The notes under the pieces were generated by a model, which saw only the letters and a list, made by a program, of their open reading frames with translations, was not told the origin of the DNA and did no database searches. The position numbers were made by a program, and so were the translations under genes. From NCBI GenBank assembly GCA_002104945.1, contig MCFH01000043.1, forward strand, positions 186,001 to 250,000: a stretch of 64,000 nucleotides of DNA, read 5' to 3'. Below are positions 50,712 through 64,000 of the stretch, piece by piece; position 1 is the stretch's first letter; every line of letters begins with the position of its first letter. The stretch is from Piromyces finnis finn (taxonomy: Eukaryota; Fungi; Neocallimastigomycota).

Positions 50712-53027
50712 TTATTCGAGTTTAGTCATTTCTTCAATATTTAAGGAGTTAACAATATCAGTCATAGATACAATACCAAATGGTTCATTTTCACTGTTAA
50801 CCATTACAAGTCTTCTAGTTTGATAATGCATTAATCTAATAAAAAAGAAAAAGTATAAATAAAAAATTTTTTTTTATTAAATATTTAAATATAAACAATA
50901 AATCTATATAACTATTATTTAATATTTATTTATTATATTACTTTTTAATCAATTGAATAATAGTATAGCTACTATTACAAGTACGTGGTTCTGGAATATC
51001 GTCAAGAGCAGCCTTTAAGAATGGCTATTATTTATATAAATTATTATATTAAAATAATATAAAAAATAAAATTTTTGTTATTTATATTTAGACTTTTTTT
51101 TTAAAAAAAAAAAAAAATAAACTGATATGCGCCATTCAACAATACTTACTAAAATTGGTTTAACAACTATAATTATATTAAATAATTTATAGATTATGGT
51201 TATTAATAATTAAATAAAAAAAAATTAATAATGAACATCATTTTATTTTATTTTTTTTTTATTTTTTTTTTTTTTAATGATATTCAACTTACTTTCTTTT
51301 AATGCTTCTGGGTTTAATCCTCTAATATTACCTGAAGTTAAAACTGAAATAATTGTATTATCATCATCTGTAATCTATTGTATTGCATGTTTATGTATAA
51401 ATAAAATAATAAGATCAAAATTATGAGTTTACATTAGTTACACTCATTTTCAATTAATAAATATTTAAAATGATTAATTATACTCATAGCCATTATTTAA
51501 ATAATTGTTTAAATTATTTAAAGCCTTGACAACTACTTACAGCAACACATTCAACCTTATTCTCTAACTATAATTTATTTTTATTAAAAAAATAATAATA
51601 ATAAAGAAACAGAGGATAATTCATTAATAATTTTATCAACTATATTAATTATATATTATGAATATATGAATATAATACAAATGATTTTCTTTTTTTTTCC
51701 TTATATCAAATAAGACTTACTAATAATTTAAAACCTTCAAGAGCAGTTTGTTTGTAGGACATTTTAACGAATTTTGGAAGTTCAATGTCCTTAAAATATT
51801 CTAATGGAACTCTACCTTCAACCTTGGCAATACGTTTCTTAATAACAATACCTGAACAATCTTTAGCTGTTTGATCGAGTAATTCGTCGTCAATTTTTTC
51901 AATATGATTGAATAAATAAGCAACTAAGTCATATTGATTAACAATTTCATATTTATTATCATCAATTTTAATTAAACAATAATGATTAAACTTTGATAAA
52001 ATTTGAATTAACTCTCTAATGGTAACTTCTTGAGAAATGATTTTTAATTCTAAATTGATATTTTTTAAAATGGTTTTTATTGGTTGCTAATATTTATACA
52101 ATAGTATAATATAATATAATAATAATGTTTAATGTTCATGTATAAAATAGTATTTTTTTATTATTGTAATTTTATAATAAAATTTATATATTTATTAATT
52201 TTGCCATTGATTATTACTTTAAAATATTCAATATTGTCAACAATTTTTTCGATATCACCTTCACCATTTTGGTATTTTTCCTCTACAACCTTTTTTTTAT
52301 TATTAGTATTATTTTTATTGTTGTTGTTGTTATTATTATTTCGTTTGTTTGTTTGTTTGTTTTTAGGGATAAAAGTTATATATTCGAAGAATAGTTAATA
52401 TATAAATTTTTGAAGCTCATATTTTCCATTTAAATTTTCATATATACCTTTAAAACATCAGCTGGAATTAAATCAAATCTATTATATTATATCCCATGGA
52501 TAAAATTTTATGAATAAAAGTTTATTATTATTATTTTATTTTATTTATTAGAATTGTATATTGGTAATAGTAATGTTTTTATCTTTAAAATTAATAATAG
52601 TTTTAGTAATTCTAAGACATACAAAGTAATGTATCCAGTATAGGTTTTATTTCCATTTTCTAAACGGTAAATTGGAAGACAACGTAAGTTGTATTCTAAA
52701 AATTTGTTATAAACTTCTTGAATTGAAATATTTTCCTTTATATTAATATAGGATTGAAATGGTTTAGTTACATGAAACAAATATATATTTAAAAGTTTAT
52801 TAAAAAAGAAAAGTTAAATAAAAAATATAACATTTATTTTAATTTGCATCTTTTTTAAATCTTATTTTATTGTATCTTTTTTTTAAAAAAAAAAAAAATT
52901 TTTTAATAAAATATATATATAAAATGAAACGCACTTCGCCATCTACAATAGAACCTTCTCCTCTTTCAGAAATTAAATCTTTGATAGTATGAGTAGTAAT
53001 GAATTCTTTAAATATTGGGAAAGCCAT
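50712..53027 (-). CDS. Multi-exon CBS-domain (Bateman pair) protein, possibly Sds23/Snf4-like
   Basis: Exon 1 is 53027-52935 (MAFPIFKEFITTHTIKDLI..DGE). Later exons read ENISIQEVYNKFLEYNLRCLPIY..YTGYITL, YEIVNQYDLVAYL, IISVLTSGNIRG and RLMHYQTRRLVMVNSENEPFGIVSMTDIV, which resemble CBS repeats (h-x-h-P-h..G-h-h-S/T-x-x-D). Internal exon borders were not all resolved. Confidence 0.75.
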
Positions 53028-53579
53028 ATTATTATTAAAAATACTAAAAAACTATTGTTATTATTGATAAGAAAATAACGGATATAATTTCAAATCTTTT
53101 TTATTATTATTAAAAATGAATAGTTATGAAAAAAAAAAAAAGAAATGTCAAAGTATTATAATTTTTATTCTATTTAATTATAATTTTTATATTATTGAGT
53201 TTTTTTTTTTGTTTGTCTTTGTCACACCAGAATTATTAAAGTTTATTATTCTTTTTTCCTAACAAATAATTATTTAGTAAATTAATATATTAATAATATA
53301 TGTTAATTGTATTGACTTTAATGTATATTAATATAATTTATATAATTTATATATAAATGATCAATGTATTTTAAATATAAAAGTTAAATCATTAATAACA
53401 ATAATTTATTAATTCTTTATAAAATATGTAAAAGTGTTGGATTTTTTAACTTTTATATTGAAAAGAATTGAGTAAAAAGAAAGCGTACATAGGATTTGAT
53501 CTTTCGTACGTCGATTTTATTATTTAACACTTTTTAAATGAACTTTTATATTTTATAAAGAAAATAAAAATACATCTTA

Positions 53580-53673
53580 CTTTATTTTTCAAAACAAAAA
53601 AAAGTATGAAATGAATAGAATTTATACTTTATTTTTCAAAACAAAAAAAAGTATGAAATGAATAGAATTTATA
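53580..53673. repeat. 47-bp tandem duplication
   Basis: ctttatttttcaaaacaaaaaaaagtatgaaatgaatagaatttata occurs twice (53580, 53627). Confidence 0.85.
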
Positions 53674-54583
53674 AATATTTTTATTTGAATAAGTGATATA
53701 GATATTTTTATATTTTTAAACCAACATAATTATATTTTATCTATAATAATAAAAAAAAAAAAAAAAAAAAAAAGATATTCATAAATCGAAAGATTACTAA
53801 TAATATTAAAGGTTATTCTATGCATTTATATCTTATATATTTTCTAACATTTTTACAGAAAAATCTTTTCCTTAACCTCTTTCTTTTTTTTTTTTTTTTT
53901 TTTTTTAATAGTATTATAGTAGTAGAAGTAGTACAAATGTACAAATTATATTATAACATCACATTTGGTAGTTATTGTGTTAATATAAAAAGAAGAAAAA
54001 AAACTTTATTAATCTATTAAATAGGCTATACTTAATATCATTTGACTTTTTTCTTTTTGATTACTAAACCATTTTAAAAACAAAATATATATATATATAT
54101 ATATTTGTTGTTATTTAAGATTTAATTTATTTTATTTACTTTTCATCAAGAATATTCCAAAGTTATTACTGTTTTTCTTCTTCTTCTTCTTTTTATTGTA
54201 CTAACAATTTGAAATATTTTAATAATATTGATACTTTTATTTATTTATATTATATATATAATGAATTTTTAATGTTTTTTTTTTTTTTTTTAATATTAAT
54301 TATTATTATTATTAATTTATTTATTTACTTATTTATTTCATTAAATTATTTTTATTATTTTGAAAAGAAAATGAACGAAATTATAAAAGTGGAAACAAAA
54401 AAAAAAAAAAATACAAGTTAAAATATCTTACTGAAATAATCACTATATATATAACTATTATTGAAAAAATAAAAATTGATTTTTTTTTTTCTTTTTTTTT
54501 TTTTAAATAATGTTGATAAATAAAAATTAAAGTTATTTTACTTCTTAAATTATTATTCCCATTTAGGATGAATTAATAACTAC

Positions 54584-57108
54584 TTAATATTTACGACTAC
54601 TAATTTTTAACTTTAATAAATCACCAATTTCAGATATTCTTTTCACTATTTCTTCCATATCTTCTCTTGAATGTGAAGCACTACAACAGAAACGAACTCT
54701 AGAAGAAAGAATTGGAGTAGCTGGATAACCAACAACAACAACACCGATTTTTCTTGCAAGAGCTTCTCTTGAAAAAGCACTAACTTTAGCTGGATTATAA
54801 AGTAATAGTGGAACAACTGGACTATCTGGATCACCATAAATAATGAATCCCATTTTCTTTAATTCTGAGGAGAGGTATCTTGAATTATCCATTAATTGTT
54901 TTATTCTCTTCTTACCATCACTAGTACCATCTTCACCCATAATTATTTTGAAACTTGTTATAATTTGTTGACATACTAATGGACTCATACCTTCAGCATA
55001 TGTATTTGAATGTGAATTAAGTCTAATCCAATCAATAATTTTCTAATGATTTTAAAATATTAATTGTTATAAAAAAAAAATTTAATAAACACTTTTCACT
55101 AATAAATATATAAATTTTAATACTCCAATAATACTTAATTTTTTTTTTTAAAATATACCTTTTTACCAGCAATATAACCACCAGCAGCACCAAAACTCTT
55201 CGTAAAAGTACCCATATGAATATCAACTAAATTTGGATCAACATTCCAGTAATCACATACACCACGACCATGCTTACCTAAAGCACCAATTGAGTGAGCT
55301 TCGTCAACATATAAATAGAACTATAGAATTGTATAAATGAATATATATATTATATATATATAATTATCATTAATAACAATGAATGATTCTTTTAAAAAAA
55401 AAAAAAAAAAAACTTTTTTTTTTATTATTATTATTTTTGCAAAACTTACCTTATATTTTTTCTTTAATTCAATTAATTTATCTAATTTAACAATATTTCC
55501 TTCCATAGAATAAAGACCTTCAACCATGACTAAAATCTTTTTCCATGGACGGTGAGTACGTGGTTGACCTTGAGAAATTGCTTCACGAAGAACACCTTCT
55601 AAATCTTTCATATCATTATGTTTAAAAACTCTAATCTTACTTCCAGAAATTCTTGCACCAAAAATAAGCGATGAATGATTTAATTGATCACTAATAATTA
55701 AAGAGCCCTATTTCATGATAAAAATTATATATAATCAAAAGAATAATGAATATAATGATGATGTTTCATTAGCTTTTATAGCTATTAACAATAATAGGAT
55801 CAGTAAAAAAAAAAAAAAATAATAATAATAATAATAATAATAGACTTCAAATAAATTAAAATAAATACTATCTATGCTGGTTTTGACTATCTTGACTTTA
55901 ATAAATTACCTTTTGAACTAAAGCTGGAATAGTAGTAGAATTAGTAGCGAAACCCATGTTGACAACCATAGCGTCTTCTTGATGAACAAAACGAGCAACA
56001 GTCTTTTCTAATTCCTTATGAATTTCATGAGTACCAGCAACAATCCTTGAACTGTCAGCAGTAATACCATTCTTTTTAATACAGGCCTTTACAGCTTCAG
56101 CACATGGACCTTTATTTTGTGCGAAACCTAAATAGTTGTAAGAAGAAAGATTTAAAACTTCGGTAGTCGTTCCAGTTAATCTTTTTAGAATAATAATAAA
56201 AAACGAAGGATCAGTTTATATAAATTATATATATGGATAATTCAACATTTAATTAAAAAAAAATTCAATATCTTTTTTATCTATTGTATTTATATATTTA
56301 CTGGAAAGTCTTGTTCTTATCATGACTGACTCTATCTAAAAGAGTTAAAGTTCTTCCTGGAACATTAGTAATTGGACGATTGAAAACATCACGAATACGT
56401 AAATATAATCTTCTTTGATAGAAATTCTTTTATATATATATAAAAAAAATGAATAGATGGTAGTTAAAAAAAATAAATAATGATTAATATATCATGATAT
56501 ATTATTTTTTTAATTATACTTTAATATTAATATCTTAAAATAGTTTGTTTTTTTTTTTTTTTTTTTTTGAAAAATTTATAATTTTAAATTATTAACATAC
56601 TTCAAAATCGGAATTTAATGGGGCGTATCCCTATTAGAATCAAGACGTTTATTATTAATATTGTTATAATATATTATTATTGTTAAGATTCTATCTTTTG
56701 CATTATTTTTTTATGAATACATTTTTTTTATTTATATATTTATTACATTTTGATGACGTAAATATGCGTATTCTCCAGATTTAAATATTTTTCCAAAGAA
56801 ATCACGAATATGTCCTTTTGTGAATAATAATAATAATAATAAATTATATGGCATTAGTATAAAAAAATTTTTCTTCTTGAAATCTTTGAAATAATATTCA
56901 TCACATATAAACAACTATCAAAAATATTTTTTTTATTTTATTTATTATCATGATAGTATATCCGAACATTTGTATTATTCTTACCAAAGATAATTAAAAT
57001 TAAATAAGATAAATATGTAGTAATAAGAACAACAAATGGGGCTTCTTCTGCTTTTGAATCGTTGGTATCTTCAATTGTAGCAGATTTTTGTGATTTATTT
57101 TTACTCAT
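54584..57108 (-). CDS. LCB2: Serine palmitoyltransferase catalytic subunit 2 (multi-exon)
   Basis: [107 protein letters not shown], the PLP-lysine motif [17 protein letters not shown], and VVVGYPATP...RVRFC. Confidence 0.95.
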
Positions 57109-60100
57109 TTTGTGATTTTTGATATTTATAAATAGTTTTAAATAATGTTTATTTTATAATACTGTTTATTATTATTTTAAATAAAAATGGTGTTTTTTTC
57201 CTAAATTTTTTTCTTAAAAATATTTTTAAAGGCAAAAAAAACACTTTCAAAAATCTATATTTTGAAAAAAAATTATTTTTACGCGATTATTATAAGAAAA
57301 AATAAATTTATCAGCGTCTATTATTTATTTATTTCCTTTTGGAAAATTATTATAAATTTTTTTTTCTCTTTCAGTATTATAAATTTTCCAATATAAACTT
57401 TTTTATTTTTTATTGTTATTTTTCGTTTATTGGAAGTTAAATTATTAATGATAAAATTAATTATCACTTTATTTACATATATATATATTAAATATGTTGT
57501 TAGTGAGAAAGATAAAAGAATATAGACCTTTAAAAAGATGTATTTATATTTTTTTAATTATCAATATTATTAATTGTAATAGTAAATATTAGATAGTAGT
57601 TATTTCAATTAAAAAAAGAAATCAATATATAAAAATTAACATAAAAAAATAAATAATTAGTTAATTGGTAATAATATATTTAAAAAAAAAAAAAAAAACC
57701 TTTAACCTAATAACATAATTAACTTTTATATATATATAAAATTATATAAAATAGTTTTATATCTAATATATATTCAATGTTTATTATTAAACTCATGAAT
57801 TTTTTTTTTTTTTTTTTACTTTATTTTTTTCCTATATTACCATTTGTATTATTTTATGAGAAAACAAGTTTAATATACTTTTTTTTAAAAAATATATATA
57901 TATATTTCCTTATTATTATACATTTAATACATTTATTATGGTTCAACAATATTCTATAGTCATATTTCCCAACATATTATATTTTTTTATTTTACTAGAA
58001 TTATGGTTTGTTGCCATTCACTAAATTTTATATTTTTGAAATGTTATTTTTGAATTACTTTGTATATTATTATATAACTTTGTAATTTTTTTTTTTTTTT
58101 TTTTACAAATGTCAATTTTATGAAATGTTAAAAATGATAATTTAATTTATTATATTCACTTTCTTTATACCTTTTATTAATATTTAAATAAATAAAAAGT
58201 CTTCGTTCTTTTCTATTTATATCATATAATTTTAAATGGATTGATTTTATTTATATTTTAAATAAAATCGATAAATAAAATAAACGAATAAAGTTTTTTT
58301 AAAAAAAAAATATATTATAAAAAAAAATATTTTATAATTATTAATTATTTGATAATAAAAAAAATGATTATATTAATAATTTTATAATTATAATAAAAAA
58401 AAAGGGAATAAATAAAATTGATTTGATTTAATATAAAATTAGGATAATTTCATCAACTTTTTTTTTTTATTATTATTATTAATTATTAATTATAATAATA
58501 AAATCAAATTATTATGAATGATAATTAATTTTATTTTAAATTAATCATCTTAAGCTATAATAGTAGGATGATTAATTTTTTTTTAATTATTTTGTATGAG
58601 TTATATTAAAATATATTTATTTCATTTATGAATTGAATTAAATTTATTCTCTATAATAAAAAAATAGTTTTATTTAGTCATTATAAAATATAATAAAAAC
58701 AAAGGAATGATTATAGACATTTAATAAGAGTGGAAGGAAAAATTAAAAAAAAAAAAAGTAAAGAAAGCACAGAAAAAAAAGTAAATAAATCTTAAATTAA
58801 TTACCTTTCAAATTAACCTAATCCTTTTACTTTTTTCTGTTTTTATTTTTAAATTTACATACCAAATATTATTTATATATTATCAATGGATTTTATAATA
58901 TATTATTTATTATTGATTGATTTAAAACATCAAAATAATAAGTTATTAAAGATATTAAAAACATTTCCTCAAATATTAAATTTATATAGAATAATACATT
59001 AAAATATATTATTTTTATTTGTTAATTAATATAAATTATCTATAAAATCTGATACAAATTCATATATTACAATATACTATAATATAGTAGTAAATTCAAA
59101 ACAATAATGGTATGATTTTGATATGAAAAATAATTTTTTTATAATAATCAAAAAATACCTAAAAAAAGGGTAAAATAAAAACTGAAAGTGGTAAAAAAGT
59201 GCCAGAAATAATTGCGAAAAAGTGGATAGTAAAAAAAAAAAATGATTAACAATTTCTATTATAATAAAGGAATAAGTAAAAAAAAAAAAAAAAAAAAGAG
59301 TATTATAACTATATTGAAGAAAGAAAATAATAAAAATTAAAATAGTATAGATAATAAACATCATCATAAAAAAAAAAAGAATATTATTTTATTATTGAAT
59401 ATTTAGGTGATAATTTTTGCTTTCAATCAACAATTTTTTTTTCAACAAATGCGTATAATGAGGAAAAAAAATTCTATTTATAAATATATTTATATGTAAT
59501 ATTGCTTAGTAATATTATTTGATGACATATATAATATCATATCATCCATCCTACTACGGATAAACCACTATAAAATGAATTCTTCAGGATTATAAAAATT
59601 CTATTATAATAAAAAGTCATTTTATATGGAAGAAAAAGTTCAAATATTAAAAAATGTGATGATTTGTTAATTACTTTTTTTTATTATTATTATTATAATT
59701 CTAATGAATATAGAAATAAATGTATATAGTTTATGTTTCATGGTCATTTAAAAAAAAAAAAAAAAAGATTTTTTGTGTGTATGAGAATATGAAGGAATCA
59801 ATTACCAATATATTTATTTGATTTTTTGCCTTATTTTAATAGGTTGTAATTCCATAAGCTATACAAAATGTTCTAAAGGAGTTTTAATAGTAAATATTTT
59901 GATATTCTGAAAAAAATATTATATTGTTTGTAAACTATTTTATATATATATATTGTTAATAGCAAGTATCATTTATAAATGAAAAAAAAAAGTTAGTATC
60001 TATCATGACATATATAAAAAATATCCTCGTTACAATTATAGTATTTATCTCTTTATAAATTATAAATATATAAAGAAGTATTCCATAAAAAAAAATGATA

Positions 60101-61703
60101 TTTTAAAAATATATTTAAACTTATTAGAGTTTTCTGTCGTTTTTTTTTTAAAATTTTCAACTTTGAATAAGGGTTGTTTACTCATTATAATACTAATAAG
60201 ATACAATATATGAAGGTATATCTAAATCTCTAACAAATCTTAAAAATTAAAGTTTATTCAATCATATTAATATATATTCTTTTTTTTTTTTTTTTGAGGG
60301 GAATGTTTTTTTAAAGATATTTTTAAAAATATTCTTCAAATGATAAAAAAAAAAAACTTACCATATATATACATTTCTTTATATTCGATGAAATAAAATG
60401 GTTTTTTATAATACGAATTTACATTAACTCTAAATATAATGAAATGTATATAAAATGGAAAATACTTTTCATCATCATTATTATTTAAAAAATAATAGAA
60501 AAAAAAAGACTTTTTATCTTAGTATATAGTTAGTAAGATAGTAAGATAGAGACATAATAAAATCAAAAAAATAAAAAATTGATTTATGTGTTATCTATTT
60601 TTTTTTTTGTTTTTGTTTTTTTTATTTATTTCTTTTTTTTTTTCATTTTGTTTTGTTTTGTTTGTTTTGGCAATTTAATGATAATGTTCTTTTTTTGTTT
60701 TTGTTTTTAAAAAATAGGAAAATAAAAAAATAGGAAAATAAAAAAATTAAAAATATATAAATTTATATTAATATCATTTTAATAAAAATTAAAAAGTAAA
60801 TATTAATAAAAAAAAAAAAAGAAAAAGGTATCATTAATTGAAAATACATTTATTTTAAATGTTTAATTTCTTTCAATGGTTGTGGATTTTTTTTTTTTTT
60901 TTTTTTTAATTTGAATTTGATCTTGTTTGATAAGAATTATTTCTTATTTAGGGAGTAATGAGTGGATGGGTTAAAGATTATATTGGATAATGAAATACCA
61001 AGAATTTTTATAAAAAAATAATTTATAGTATTCTTTGGATAAATTTTTTTTTGTTTTTTTTTTTTTTTTTTTTTTACTTAGTTGTTATGGAATTAGAAGA
61101 GGTATATATATCATTTGACAATTCCCATGGATCGATTGAATATATATATAGTATTCAGATGCATCAAACATTATAGATTCATCATCTTTTATTTTTATTA
61201 TTAACATTATTATGAGTATTTAGTTATTTATTTATTTGTTTATTTATTTATTATGCTTATTATTATATTCCTATTTTTTTAAAACGAAAAATAGTTTAAG
61301 GTTTCATATTCTATATATATATATATATATATGACAAAATCCAACGACACAAATAGTAAATATTTTTTTTTTTTTTTTTTTTTTGTTTGTTTGTTTCTTT
61401 TTTTGTTTGTTTTTTTGAAAAGAATGATTACCGATAATTTTCATTTATTATTATTATATTATTATTATTATTATATGTAATTTATATTTATAACTAATTC
61501 ATAATGATAATATATTTATTAAAATTAATAATATATATTTATTGCATGTTTGTGTTGTAATTTAGATATTGTGTATTAATTAGAAAATAAAAATAAAACA
61601 TTAAATAAAAATAAAATAATATAAAATGAAATACTGAAATACTGATAGAATTGTTTAAAACGAAAAAAAAAAAAAAAAAGTATTTTTTTTTCATATGAAA
61701 AAT

Positions 61704-62653
61704 TTATTCCTTCTTGTTTACTTGATTTATACTATTAGTTCTTGGAATCCATGTGAATCCAACAATTAGTATAATAACTAACACAGCTACTATTGATACA
61801 GTAATTCTTACTTTTTTATTCCTATTTAAAAAAAATTATATAAATATAAAAGAATTTTAGGGTTAGACAAGAATATGATTTTTATAAAAAAAGAGTGTGA
61901 CTTCAAGAGAAAAATAGAAACATATATATTTGTATGTTTAAATACACCTATTATTATTTTTGTTAAATGAAAACAAAATTATATATTTAAAATTTAAACT
62001 TACTTGATAGATATTTTCTTTTCAACTTTTTCAATGGATTTCATTACTTTACTATTTTTATGGTTTTTTGAATAAAGACTTGCTGAAGATTCATAAGATA
62101 AAAAGTTGGATGAACTGCCATTATTTTGGAATAATTTTTCCTTGGATAATGTACTATTATTATCATTCACTAGATTTTGCCTACTACCAAATGAAATTTC
62201 AGCCATACTATTACTTACAAAGTTATCTATAGAACGCTGTAAATTATCGTCCAAAATAATAATATCAAGAGCTTCAGGATTTCCTTTGATACGGTTAAGG
62301 AGGTATTCTTCGTCGGAAATTTTTTTTAATGGTTTTTCTATTTCAACTACCTTAATTGTTCCTTCATGTTTAGCTTTATTAAAACTTTTTATTGAAGAGA
62401 GTTGGGGACTATATGGGAATATTTCTTCTTCTATTGGAACAAAAAGCTTTAAATATCTTGGTATTATTCTTGGCTCAAATGATTTTGATATATGTTCTTT
62501 TATTGAATATATTTGATTATTAGTAGATACTCTTATAACAAATGCTTTTGAACTAGAATCTCCAATTCTGAAACAAGAAAAAGTTACTTTCTTTGACTTT
62601 TCTGGCTCCTTTTCTACATTTATTACAATATTATTTTTGTCTATTGAATCCAT
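61704..62653 (-). CDS. Crinkler-N (ubiquitin-like) domain protein with a C-terminal transmembrane anchor (255 aa; exons 62653-62004 and 61821-61704)
   Basis: Phase-2 GT-AG intron at 62003-61822 adds KNKKVRITVSIVAVLVIILIVGFTWIPRTNSINQVNKKE*. The N-terminal VTFSCFRIGDSSSKAFVIRVSTNNQIYSIKEHI...YLKLFVP...LDIIIL resembles the CRN N-terminus. Confidence 0.72.
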
Positions 62654-64000
62654 TTTTTTTAGTACTATTATTAATTAATAAAAATGTTTTGCCTACTTTT
62701 TTTTATTCCAAATAATTTTGAATAATTTTTTTATTATTTATTTATTAATTAATTAATTAATTACACTAAAAATATATTATGGATTAGCTTATAAGTTTTG
62801 GATTTTTACTGAAAATGTCTTTCACTAATATTAAAAATGATTGAATTTTACAGATATATTTACAAATATTTTTTTTTTGTTGTTTAATACTAATTTTTTT
62901 TTTAAAAAAAAAAAAAAAATTGTCTTGATAAATAAATATTATGGATTCGTGAAATTCCACTAATAATTGATATTATATTTACAATTGCATAATTTAAAAG
63001 ATTCTCTAAAAAAAAATAAAGTTTATTATTAATATCATTCTTTTATTTCCAAATAAATAACAGAAAAATAAAAAAAGTAAATAATTTAAATTAACATTAA
63101 ATTTAAAATACAATTTTATAATTAGAAATTCAATAATAATTATAAAAATAACATAATTATTATTACATTTCAAATAATAATTTCTAATAACTATTTTTAT
63201 ACTTTCTTTTAAAATAATAAATTTTATAATAAAATTCTTTATGTTTTAACTTACAATTTAAAGAGTTTAAAATGACATTATACAAAAAATACTATTAATT
63301 TTATAAATCGTTTTTTCTTTGCATTTATAGAAATCACGTTTTAAGTTAAATGTTTTCTTGAAATAAAATACTTTTTTATAATACTTTTTTCAGAAATTAT
63401 TTTAAAATATTATTAAGGTTATTAATTAAAAAAATATAATCATTAAAGTAATTGAACCTTAGTTATCTTGTCATTCTTCTCTTTTTTTTATTATTAAATT
63501 ATTTAATTCACTTTCGTAATAGCTTTTTTTTCACTATTAAAAAGAGATAATCTAACAAGTTTAAAACTTAATTTTTTTAAAAAAATAAAATAAATAAAAA
63601 GGTATAAAATATATTCTTTTATATTATATAAAAAATATTTAATTTTTGATTACAAAAAAAATAGAATTAATATATAGAATTCATATATTTCATTATATTG
63701 ATTATATATTACTATTTAAATTATTATCAAATATATTACTTTTAACTCTAGTTAATTTTCTATGATTAATTAAAACCAATTCATTATTTATTTTGATATT
63801 TTCTGTAATATAGAATATATTAAACAATACATTTAAATATACTATAATATATTTATTTATATTTTTTTAGGTGTTAATTTTTATGAAGTTTAAGAAACAA
63901 AATCTTATTTCATAAATAATGATATACTTTTTATTTATACAATGAAGTTCATTAAATTAAATATAAAAAATTTAATATAATATATATACCAATATATAAA

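Noticed and set aside
57110-61700. 4.6-kb gene-free stretch examined for RNA genes or hidden exons
   Set aside because: Only homopolymers and microsatellites were seen, with no tRNA boxes, snoRNA boxes or spliceable open frames.

Overview
Extremely AT-rich eukaryotic genomic DNA with short GT-AG introns, poly-A/T runs and (AAT)n tracts. The composition and gene content best fit an anaerobic gut fungus (Neocallimastigomycota); this is an inference. Content, left to right: (1) 1-20676, the 3' part of a giant intronless ORF that is open from base 1 (at least 6,891 aa). It is built from Glu/Val/Pro/Ile repeats punctuated by about 28 copies of a basic KKRY/FIKxIIRYITRKNP[IV]TG module and ends in a polytopic membrane domain. 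(2) 22716-22960, a GC-rich 124-bp tandem repeat able to form three hairpins, upstream of a decayed APE-RT non-LTR retrotransposon (about 23.6-26.35 kb, internally deleted). (3) 27.4-38.4 kb, three related single-pass membrane proteins sharing an 8-Cys 'YPP...CxC...CxxC' ectodomain and a juxtamembrane R[PR]ES[ML]P[FM][YF] motif; two of them end in an SH3 domain. (4) 39.5-43.1 kb, a second decayed non-LTR element of the same family whose RT catalytic motif is deleted. (5) Housekeeping genes ORC2, SMU1, a CBS-domain protein and LCB2. (6) 61.7-62.7 kb, a Crinkler-N-like domain fused to a C-terminal membrane anchor. No rRNA, tRNA or CRISPR features were seen. All domain calls are by eye; no database search was run.
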